From contig MU008169.1 in assembly GCA_010909165.1 (NCBI GenBank), forward strand, positions 1,488,001-1,552,000: a DNA stretch of 64,000 nt, given 5' to 3'. A model generated the notes under the pieces. The model was not told the DNA's origin. It did not search any database and saw only the letters and a list, made by a program, of their open reading frames with translations. A program made the position numbers and the translations under genes. The DNA is from Anthoceros angustus. Lineage: Eukaryota > Plantae > Anthocerotophyta. Shown piece by piece: positions 49,840-60,249 of this stretch; within the stretch, counting starts at the first letter, position 1, and each line of letters opens with the position of its first letter.

Positions 49840-50376
49840 ATGGCGACGGGAATTCAGTGCACGATGGTGTCCACCACGCCTTGCACCCTCCGGGAGGCTT
49901 CATCTTTCATGCAGGCATTTTCCACAAGTGACTTTCTTCCGAGCGATGGGGTCATGCTGAGCTACATCTCCACAGTTGCCAAAGCTCTGCGGGATGAAGT
50001 GGCAATGCAAAGGCAGATGGCCAAGGGCGAGCTTACGCTGCCCTCGGCGGAGGAGCTTCCAGCACGTGTGGATGGGGTGAAGGCCGGAATGGTGGCTTTC
50101 GGGAATGGTGGGCGGAAAATGGGGGAGGAAGCTGCCGCGAAGGAGCGAGCTGTGAAGGAACGGGCTGAGGAGGATGGGCTGGCTGCTGGGGAGCGGGAGC
50201 AGAAGGAGAAGGAGAAGAAGAGGAAGAGAAGGGAGAGTGTGGAGAAGGAATTGGTGGATGATGGTCAGGAGGAGAAGAAGCTGGAGTGGGACAAGGTAGG
50301 GACGAGTAGGGTTGTGGCGGATGGTGAACTTCCGGGGGAGGTGGTTAAGGAAAGGCGGAAGAAGAGACGGAAGTAA
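49840..50376 (+). CDS. Small intronless protein: ~50-aa conserved-looking N-terminal domain plus Lys/Glu-rich tail with NLS
   Basis: 178-aa ORF with KKRKRR and KERRKKRRK. N-terminus resembles the plant MKTVxGxVVSxxPISLSxAA family. Confidence 0.7.
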   Translation: MATGIQCTMVSTTPCTLREASSFMQAFSTSDFLPSDGVMLSYISTVAKALRDEVAMQRQMAKGELTLPSAEELPARVDGVKAGMVAFGNGGRKMGEEAAAKERAVKERAEEDGLAAGEREQKEKEKKRKRRESVEKELVDDGQEEKKLEWDKVGTSRVVADGELPGEVVKERRKKRRK

Positions 50377-50678
50377 AGAGCAGGGGATGGGGGCGGTGCG
50401 TGATGTGGGAGGATTGGCTTCACCTAAAGCTGCGTGGAGCATTGTCAAGTAGATGTGATGTCAGATCGGAAACCAGCGGCTTTCATTTTCTGGAGGCACC
50501 GGCCACATGAGTCCAGCGGACGCTAATGTCGGACAAGGACCATTCCGCTAATGGAGTGGAGGCATGGATGGAGACTGGTGTAAGATATGCTGTGCTCACG
50601 GCCTCGCTCAAGCCTTGGGTATGAGTGCAAAGGTTGGAGATGATGAAGTGCTCTGGCTGAGCTCTCGGCTCGGAGGGG

Positions 50679-52243
50679 ATGGGGTGTGTTGGTTGCAGCT
50701 GGGCTTGCTTGATTTTGCTGCTTCTCTGCAGCGGCTGCTGCTTGTATGTAGAGCCCCGTAATCTGGCTGCTGCTGTGCTGGCACTTCGTTCGTCATGTAA
50801 GTGGGAGGATGTGAGTTTATTTCCTGTCGGAGAGAAGAGGTCGGATTTGCAGCTGCTGGGCAACTCCACAGATGCACACATCCTGCTTGGGTTCAAGAAA
50901 GCAATTCTGGAGGACCCACTGGGAGTGTTGTCGAGCTGGGAGAATGGGAACGGTTCTTGTTTTTCGCCTTGCAGCTGGTTCGGGATAGGGTGCAATCGGT
51001 TTGCCCGGGTGGTTTCAGTTCGTCTCTCTGGTAATCAGTTGAGAGGGTCGTTAGTGCCGATGATTGGAAAGCTCTCATTTCTTTCCTCTTTGGATTTGTC
51101 CTGCAATGAGTTCAATGGCACCCTCCCTCTCGAGTTGGGTGACGCAAGGTCTTTGGTTTTTATCAACCTTACACAAAACCTGCTGTCTGGGCCCATCCCC
51201 TCTTCTCTAGGAAAGCTGGCCTTGCTTTCTGGACTGGATGTAAGCTATAACTGGCTGTCAGGGCCGATTCCTCAAGCGCTCTCTGCATGCACCGGCCTTG
51301 TATCTCTGCTCCTCGACCATAATCAGCTTGTTGGTGCTATCCCTTCTGCTCTTGGCAACTTGGATCAGCTGGTGGAACTTGACTTGTCGTCCAACTACAT
51401 CAATGGAGCATTACCTGCGGCTTTGGGAAATCTCTCCAGCCTCCAGTACCTCTCTGCTTCACAAACTCAGCTCACAGGTACCATTCCTCCTAGTCTGGGA
51501 AACTGCTCCCAGCTCACACACCTGGACTTGGCTGAAACTCAGGTAACAGGAAGGATTCCTCCCGAGCTTGGAAGGCTACAGAAACTCCGGTTCCTGGATC
51601 TGTATGGTAATCTGCTTCGGGGTCCGATACCAATTGACCTGGCCAACTGCTCCGCGCTGCAGTACCTGGATGTAAGTAGCAACTTCTTCAGAGGCAAGTT
51701 GCCCAAAACAATGGGGCGTCTTCAAAGCTTGTCTTCCTTCAAGGCTAGCAGAAACAAGATCACGGGCTCCATCCCAGCGGAGTATGGCAAGCTCGCCAGC
51801 CTGAAGGTGCTTGACCTCAGCCACAACAGGTAATTTCAACGTCGGCAGTTTCTAGGCAATGAATGTCAGCTACCTGCAACCACCATATTAACTCCGATGT
51901 GAAACGCTGTGACCACAGATTTGAGGGACCCATCCCTTCCTCCTTAGGCAACCTCTACAACTTGCAGCACATGAACCTGGCCCACAACTCTCTCAGAGGA
52001 CCGGTTCCTAGATCTTTTGTTGCCCTAGGTAACCTTAGCTTCTTGTCTTTGGGAAGCAACTTCCTGTCAGGACGTCTCCCAGACGGGCTGGGATTTGGCA
52101 CGAAGTTACAAGTACTGGACGTGGGGGAAAATTTCTTGTCCAACCATCCCCCTCTCGCCATCAGCAACTGCCCTCGATTTGTCGTTCACAGCCACCTAGA
52201 AAACTCAAGGGCGAGCGCTTGGAAATCCCTCTTTACAATTTGA
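50679..52243 (+). CDS. Extracellular LRR-only protein (2 exons, intron 51830-51918)
   Basis: Signal peptide, LRR N-cap (DPLGVLSSW...CSWFGIGC), ~16 plant LxxLDLSxNxLxGxIP repeats. No TM helix or kinase before the stop. Confidence 0.85.
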
Positions 52244-52503
52244 GGGCTTTTAAATCCTCTCTCCTCTTCGCGTGGGATCTCGAGTACCTGAAACATTGAA
52301 TCAATCGATGCTATGAACCAATTTGGGACTTGGAACCATGACCAATCGAGTTTTCTCCAACAAAGCCGTGTTTGAAACTTGTTATCGCTCGGTACGTAGT
52401 GTATATATATACCTCGTCCCGTCTGAATCTATGCTGTGCATGTACATAATTGATTGGTCTGTCGAAGAGATGCAGGCGTGACGGCCTCGGAACTTGGAAG
52501 GCC

Positions 52504-54090
52504 ATGGAGGAGGCTGCCGTGATTGCGGAAGCGCAGGAGGTGGTGAAGGCATGGCAGCCGGCTGTGGACGAGGCTCACCTGCGGGTGCAGGCAGTGCTGG
52601 ATTGCGGCAAGGATGGGGACTCCGCATCCGCCTCGCAGCTGCCCCGCCTCAATGCGCTGGTGCACGACCGTCTGGCTGCTCTGCGAGCTCTGATGCTGCG
52701 CCTGGAGGTGGTGGCGCCGCAGCATCCCAGGCATGTGTGCCGGGAGCCGCATCTGAGCCATCTGAGCTCGGTTTGTGTGTCATGGACCTCGCAGCCCTGC
52801 AATTCATGCTCGCATCACACTCAATTCCTGGATCTCGTGTGCCTGCAGTGAGGATGAGGGTGAGGAGCTAGTGCTGAAACTGGAGGCGTGGAGAGAACAA
52901 GAAAAGGCGTGGGTCTATGAACCTGTTCTTTCGTCTTGCGGCTTTTTTGGGTCTGTGTGTTTTTGACTCTGTGGATTCTGCAGAATTCGGGCTTCTCTGA
53001 GGAACGCCAATATCCGAGCCAAGCTCAACATGGAACAGGCTGTCAGAACTGAGGTTTGGAAGCTGTCATTCAGGCCAGAGCTTTGTGTGTCGTGCATGAG
53101 GGTTTCCAAATTGGAGAGATTGTGAAGTTGAGTTTTGTATTTTGGCTGCAGAGAGAGCGGCTTTTGGCTGGTGGAGAGGATTCCACCCTCCGGCAGCGCG
53201 TACTCCAGTATGTTCACTTAAGTGACTCGCATGTGCTGGTGCCGTGTCTGCTGTATTGTTGTCTTACCTCAGCATTTTGATTTTAAGGTTTGTTTCTCGA
53301 AGTTGCGTTGTACAGCAACTTGTTGCTAATTAAGCTCACATGGGTGTATTCGTGCTGCAGAACTAAAGCAGGGCTGACTTCTGCATCGGAGAGTATAACT
53401 GAAAGCTTGCGTTATACTCGACAGATAATGGTTCAGGTTTGTGGAACCAGATCCCTGTACTTGCTGCAAAGGTGGCTGAGGGAAGAGGGATCAGTTGTGT
53501 TTGGTGCCTTCTTGCACATGACACGTATTTTCTGATTGGCTTGCTGCCCAGGAAGCTGAACGAGGGGCAAGAACATTGGAAGCCTTGGGTAAGTGTTACC
53601 TCTTTCATGAGATCGTGACCTTCTCTTGTGTGGACTTGTGGCCCTCTGCAAATCCTAGGTGTGGACACTGAAGGTGCATTGCCCCCATGGGTTCTTACAG
53701 ATTCGTCAAATACTACTCTGAGGAGAGCTGACCTGGAGTACAAGGGCCATCGATCTTTGTTGATTAGAACCAGGAATCTCCTTACACAATTGCGGCGCCA
53801 GGATGTTAGGGAGAGGTGCTTTTCTGCTTCTCGTCTTGCCAAGTGCAGTTTAATATTCTCACAAGCCTGCAATTATGTATGGTGTCCTAGTCAGTTCCTC
53901 TTACTGCTCCTCTCTGTTGTGAGACAGGGTATTTCTCGCAATCGGGTGCATTGCTTTCTTGTGTACCTGTTACTACATTTTCAGCAAGAGAATAGGTATA
54001 CTGAAGACCCGCAAGCAGTTTATTCCCTACGTCCCACCACCAACGTATCAGGAGTTCTTGCCAGACTATGCTGACTATCCGGCCACCTAG
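52504..54090 (+). CDS. SEC20: SEC20/BNIP1 Qb-SNARE, multi-exon
   Basis: LPRLNALVHDRL..VVAPQ, RERLLAGGEDSTLR, SITESLRYTRQIMVQ, EYKGHRSLLIRTRNLL..RQD, C-terminal TM, stop 54088-54090. Confidence 0.92.
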
Positions 54091-54467
54091 CATGCATTCG
54101 AGTATGCTGAGTGCATTCAACTATGTTGAATCGGGGCAGCGGCAGATTTGCATGGGAGATTCTCCAGCCTGCAAATTGCCAGCAGACGGGAGCTGAATTT
54201 CCGTGGTTTTGATTCTCGGAAGCTGAGTATGCATTGTTTGCTGGCATGCTCAGTGCTACTCATGTCTCTCACTAAAGTTGTGGGAGGCGGTGCTGCCTGA
54301 GCTGCTCAAGTGATCAAAGTTCACAAGATATCCATCAGATCGAACTGTGAAACTCAGCACCTCCGATCCATGGAGGGGGATGGTGGCATTTGAGAGTGCT
54401 ATGTAACAAGAGGCCAAGCAATTGAAAACATAGTTTACGCTTCCTTGCCTTGCCTTTCCATTTTGCT

Positions 54468-55223
54468 CTAAGCTTTTACACATCTCATCCCGAACATCCG
54501 CTGATTCATTTCTGTAATAGGATAATCTGAGATAGGATGGATGGGCTGCTCCTCGCCTTCAGGAATGTTCGATGAAGAGTTGAGGGGCTGCCTAGTGTCA
54601 TCATCTGGGCAGCATACAGTCCACGTTCAGAACAAAAATCCGAAGGGATAAGGACATGCGTTGGGAAACCACGCCCAACCCAACAGAACTCACCATACAG
54701 TGTGTACAAGGAATCTGGGGGTGGTGTAACGATGTAACAGAGACTGGTGTACGCTAGACAGACAAACACCGTGGCCATCATGACGTAGGCTGGAATCGCC
54801 ACAGACCAGAACCTGGAATGCAGCCAACCAAGGCGGTGAAGATGATGGGCAGGTAGGTGGTACAAAACAGATGGTATCTTACCGGTCAGGGTAGTAAGTG
54901 AAGCCCACAGCTTGCAGCCACGAGTCTGGCAAGAAGGCCCAGATCATGTACACCCCTGATGGCACACACAGCCAAGACCCATTCATTCGTCAGAAGCAAC
55001 CGATAAATCATTTGAGCGGCGATTCTTGTGAAGGGAACTGACCTGTGGCAACCACAGTAGATATGGCTCCAACAAACCCCTTCACCTCACCGGGCTTGGC
55101 CCCATGTCTTGTGCTGGTACCTCTGTTGACGCTCTCCTTCTCTTTGCCTCCAAGAAAGAACACCGTGGCCTTATCTCGGGACAGTGAGAGGCGCCGAGGG
55201 CTCGAAGGTCCGAGCTCTGCCAT
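54468..55223 (-). CDS. PIG-P: GPI-GlcNAc transferase subunit P, multi-exon
   Basis: SPRRLSL, EVKGFVGAISTVVAT, YMIWAFLPDSWLQAVGFTYYP, FWSVAIPAY, TPPPDS, PISDYPITEMN. Confidence 0.9.
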
Positions 55224-55457
55224 GGACGTGCTTAAGATTCACAACATGCAACAAGAATGGTGTAATGGGTCGCTGGTATCATAGTAAGCTGGGCGGCAGC
55301 CGGGTTGGTCCCACGCGCCTCCACAATTATGGTGGGCGGAATTCAGGGAGGAGTTTTCTCCCGGTGAATCTTGTCCGTGTCGAGTGACCTAGTGTCACCC
55401 ACAGATGGATGCAGTAGAAATCTGTGTGTCTGTACAGTATGTAGCAGGGATCAGGAA

Positions 55458-57189
55458 TCATGAGGACTCCAGATCGTCCTTTCCCGAGTGTGCACCATCC
55501 TTGGCTGCTTTGTTGGGTTTTAGAGAGGAGGATTCGGAGTCCGGCCTCCCACTCAGATAGGTGTACAGAGCCATCCCACCAAGGGCCATGGAGGCCCCCG
55601 ACAGGCTTTTCAGCCCTGGATTGGAGGCGAACAGGATGAACCCTCCCAGCAGGATGACGCACGTCTTGAATTGGCCTAGTACCACGTGTGTGATTGCCGA
55701 CGTAGCCCTGCCAATAGCAGAAGAGCTTGTGAGCTGAAGGGCCATTACAAGGTCGTCAGGAGTGGGGGAGGTCTAGTGGACATTACCCGAGTGCTAAAGC
55801 CCCTGACCATTGCAGGAGGAAGCCCAGTACTGCAGACACCAAGATGGCTCCAGTGTTGGGCACGTTCCAGTGGAACGCCATGAGGCCAGCAGGATCCAAC
55901 CATGGCATGAGAGCCAACAGGGCGAGGACGGTGATGGGGGTCGTCTTCCACATCAGCCTGCAGAGGATGCGACCATCATGCAATTTCAGCACCGGGTCAG
56001 GTCCCTCTGGAACAAGAATGAATATGAGCAGCATGTCCCGAATTGCATGGTGCTTACGCCAGGGCTGTCCACGAGGCTTCCTGCTGGAGACTGGACCACA
56101 TAATCTTGTTCATTGCACTTGGGATTACCCAAAGAACAGCCACCACGGCACCGAAGACGTTGAACTGGAGATCTGTCACAGTGGCTATGGCAACTCCGAT
56201 GGACACCACAGTCAATGCCACAGCCTGCATGAAAAGCCGTTATGTAGGCAGGTTTTTCACACAGCATGGTACGCAGATGGCTTGAGTGGAGGAAGCCAGC
56301 CAGGCCCCACCTTTCGGAAAGACACGCCTTTCCTGAAGAGAAGGAGCTCAGCCAGAGCAATGGTTGGCGTCACGGCTATCTTGGCCATCTGATAGAAGCC
56401 CACGCTGCCACAAAAGCAAGAATAAAGTGTCAGCCCACATTTGACAGGAAATGGACTGTGACACCATACCACGGTTTTGAGTTTGCTCCTTTTTGAAAAG
56501 GTACGTACCTGTTGTACTTCAAGCTCACGTTTGCGAGGCCTGTGGAAAAGGCCATGACAACACCCAGTGCCAGCAAAGATGAGAAGGGCGTGGCCTTTAC
56601 AGGAGGCGAAGCCGGGAGCAGAGACACAGCGTGAAGGGTGGCCATGAGCAACCAGCTCACCAGGTAGTGGATCAACGTCAGAGCAATCGGATAGTTGAAG
56701 CCCACTTTCCCCAGCAGCTGCATCAAGACCCAATTGCAGAAGGGAAGGGAAGGGATTCAGGTCTTTCCTCCAAGAAAATATTTCCACCAAGACCCAGCAA
56801 AATGCAACAAAGACGCACACACCTGCTTGTTCATCAGGATGATTCCCACAGACACCACGAGATTGAATGACATCGCCACACCGGGACCACAGAACCGCTG
56901 CTGCTGCTGCTTGGCACCCTCCAAGGTCCGCAGGTCGCTGACCAGGGACGACCACATGTCCTCCAGCGCTCTTGCTGCACCAAAACCAAGAACCCATCCC
57001 ACTCATCATCCATCCATCCATCCATCCATCCCAGAATTTGCCTCACCACACAGGGCGACAATGCAGAACCAGGCTCTTCTCACCTCGATCTCCGGCATCG
57101 CTGTCTTTCCGCTTCAGCATCTTCTGCACATCCTTGCTCAGGACGTACTTCATGGTGTCCCCCACAGCAGCTCTCAGCAAGAGAGACAT
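55458..57189 (-). CDS. Nucleotide-sugar / triose-phosphate transporter family protein, multi-exon
   Basis: KDVQKMLKRKDSDAG, FNLVVSVGIILMNK, LANVSLKYNSVGFYQMAKIAVTP, TSAITHVVLGQFKTC. Start 57189 or 57153. Confidence 0.92.
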
Positions 57190-57749
57190 TGCGGGATGGC
57201 TCTGGCTATCAAGCCCCCTTCACCCACATTCGCACCGGGCAGCTCGCTTGCGCTGAAATCCCGCTCCTCCTCCACGCTTTGGACTCAATTCTTGCTTGTC
57301 CTGCTTCTGCTGCGGCAGCCATATGCATAGCCAGCTCGCTCCGGGAGCTCGCGGCCGGCAGCTTCTCAGAAGCCGCGAGCCCGGTGAGCCAAGAAGTGCG
57401 AAATGCCCACGCTCCGGCAACCCAATGCTGCTCCCGCTGGCGCTGCATGTACTAGAGGAGCGATCAGCGATCGCGCTTCATTGGAGCCCGTCTCCATCAA
57501 TGCGGCTCGCTAGCGGGCAGACGCCAGGCCAGGAGGGGTCCCGCCTTCCCGACCATCAGGTCGCAGTGGCGGAGAGTTATAGACCTGGCACCCGCGCCCA
57601 CCCGTCTTTTGCACCGAACGCGGCATATGAAATTGTTTTTTGTGGACTGTTAGAGCGACCTTTTCCTTTTGGTACGAGATATTGCGTTTTGTATTCCTTT
57701 CGTCTGGTTAAAACTCACCCAGGACAGCCATAGCCCGGATGCCGACTTG

Positions 57750-59000
57750 GGATCCCGAAAACGAAGGGGAACAACCCACAAGGGGCACCTGGCCAAAGGG
57801 GACTAGCCCCATGGAGAAATCCTAGTCCATGGCCATGTGGGTCTCGATGACAATGGGATGAATGCGTAGCCTTCCTTCATGGGTGAGAACTCTTGAACCG
57901 TCGTTGTCGCGCATCGCTCCGCCGCCCAATCTGAAGGGTTGATACTAATATGCTCGGAGACAATGTCTCTAGTAGGGTATGATGAACCTAGAGAAATCCT
58001 TGCCCATGGCCCCGTGGATCTGGATGGCAAGGGGGATGAATGCGTGGCCTTCCTCTATGGGTGAGTACTTGTGAACCTTCGTTGTCGTGCATCCCTTTGC
58101 TGTCGCGCATCCCTCCGCTGCTTAACCCGGCAGGTTGATAAAAATATGCTCGGAGACAGTGTTCCCAATAGGGTCTATTACAATCGAAACCTGATTCCCC
58201 CAGGCTAAAAACATATCAGCCTAGGGAAAACGCCGTTGAGTGCTCCCTATGTGGCAAGAACCCACTCTCCTTCGCCATAGAGACCATGATGGCGCGGATG
58301 GCGTCATGAGTAGCGATGCGCTGCCAGCCAGCAAGGCAATGAGCCAAGTGGGTCCCAGAGTCGTCGAGGGGGGCCCCACAACTGCAGGACAAGAGAGAGT
58401 AAGCCACAGGTTGGACCAAACCGAGGCAGAACCTCATCGCAGTAGAAAAAGAAGCTAGTACGATTGAGAGAGCTTGGATGCAAGTCGGACCAGATGCCAA
58501 GAACCTACTCCCTTTTCCGAGCAAGAGTGGAGGCGAGCCTAAGTGGGTTGGGGAATGGAGGAATCTATGACTTGAAGAGCCACCTGCACCTGCCCCTATC
58601 ACTTCTGCTAGAGGGAGGCTTGAAGCCCACGCAACCCAACCTCTGAGAACGAGGAAAAGTGAGGCATGATAGCCCTAGCCTTGGAGGATAAAGATCTCTT
58701 AGCCATCCTCAAGGATATTTGCAGAGGGAAGACCCCCTCCTCAACACCCGAGACGAAAGCCTTTAAGATACTGGAATCCTTGATTAAAAAATGAGAGACT
58801 AAGATGGTGGCAGAGAGGGCCCAACTCCCTAGAAAGGCTGCCGGTGTAGAGGTCTCCATGGCCAATAGGCCTGTGCCCCCAAAAACGACAAGTAGAGACG
58901 CTTGCCGCCGTGCCAAATCCATAGCAGCACACCCAAAGGTACTCGGGCCGATGATGTCACCCGGCGCCTGCATAACCTGTTTGTCAAAACCCCTTAGCTA
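57750..59000 (-). mobile_element. Truncated CRE-like non-LTR retrotransposon relic
   Basis: GGTGLLAM..TPAAFLGSW, HLAHCLAGWQRIATHDAIR and a duplicated RLE segment. Clearly related to 20998-21890. Confidence 0.82.
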
Positions 59001-59689
59001 GAGAGGAAAGCCGGAAAGGGGGCCACCTAAGAAGCAAGCAAGAAGCAAACAAACAAAGGTGGAATATTGTGTTGTGGTTCCGGTACCATGTACCTTAACC
59101 TAGTCCTGCACTGTACAGTATCGTCACTATCCGCGCTATAAAACTCGGATCTTACGATGAAGCAGCTGCTATAAACTAAAGGGCAGAGCATTGTTGTTGA
59201 GAAAGAAGGGGTAACGGCTACCTGGCCATTGGCGAGAATGCAATCGATTTACTAGATCCAGCGCAAAGCTTTGGCGGGAATGCACGCTTGAGGATTCAAA
59301 ACGCAACCCCTTGGGTTTAGGGTTTAATTTGAGTTATTTATCGTAAAACACATGTCCCCACTACGTAAAGATAGAATCAGTATTGTGGTTAATGTTATGA
59401 TTAGTGTACAAGCGCGGATTTGAATCTGCTGTCGTATTGACGTTATGACCTACATTAATAGACTACTATTCTTAATCACACAGGTTATTGCACATAGATG
59501 GAATTAGTGTTGTAGGTAAGGTTACACCTCTGTGTAGAGACGTCCGTGGGTTTGAGTTCCTTACCTTACTAAAGTGTAATCATCCGTTTTTACAATCATT
59601 TTCATAGCTATAGTGAGAATGGGTTCGAGTTCGTGGCCTTACTAAAGTGTAATCGTCCGCGTGTACAATCACTTTGATAGCTGCAGCAA

Positions 59690-60060
59690 GAAGGTAGGCC
59701 TGGAGTTCCGACACACATATGGGTCTACCCTTAGGGTTTGAAACTCTATGTTAGTCACTTGGTTCCCGTACGGTGTTCAAGTGAGAAGGTAGGCCAAGGG
59801 ATCCGACACACATAGGGGTCTAGACTTCCTGGGGTTCCGACACACATATGGGCCTACCCTTAGGGTTTGAAACCCTATGTTAGTCACTTGGTTCTCGCAC
59901 CGTGTTTAAGCGAGAAGGCAAGCCTGGGGATCCGACACACATAGGGGTCTATTCTTGGGGTTCGAAACCCTATGCTTGGGGATCCGACATACATAGGGGT
60001 CTACCTTGAGGTTTGAAACCCTATGCCTGCTACTTGGTTGCCGCTCTGTGCTTAAGCCAG
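59690..60060. repeat. ~130-bp tandem repeat (~3 copies) with internal CCGACACACAT and TTTGAAACCCTATG sub-repeats
   Basis: Units start at ~59700, ~59830 and ~59965. Probably part of the adjacent CACTA 5' region. Confidence 0.8.
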
Positions 60061-60249
60061 AAGGCTCAAACTGCTCTCAAGTTTTTTTTTTCATATTATC
60101 TATATATGTGAGGGCCCATTAAGAGTTTTTTATTCTAATTATAAATATCATCCCTTTTCCTTCTGGCTTTTAACGCTACATTGCTAACATGTGGATAGGG
60201 GGAAGAGGCTTGTCATAGAGTTCCCGTGGGTGTGGTGTAAGTGCACCAA

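Noticed and set aside
59125-59375. Left CACTA terminus candidates (CACTATCC at 59125, CACTACGT at 59359)
   Set aside because: Neither matches the right TIR beyond 5-6 bp, and neither has the CAA TSD.
59380-59640. tRNA genes
   Set aside because: B-box-like motifs only. No acceptor stem or cloverleaf could be built.
59690-60060. CRISPR-like or satellite array
   Set aside because: Inter-repeat sequence is itself repeated and there are only about 3 units.
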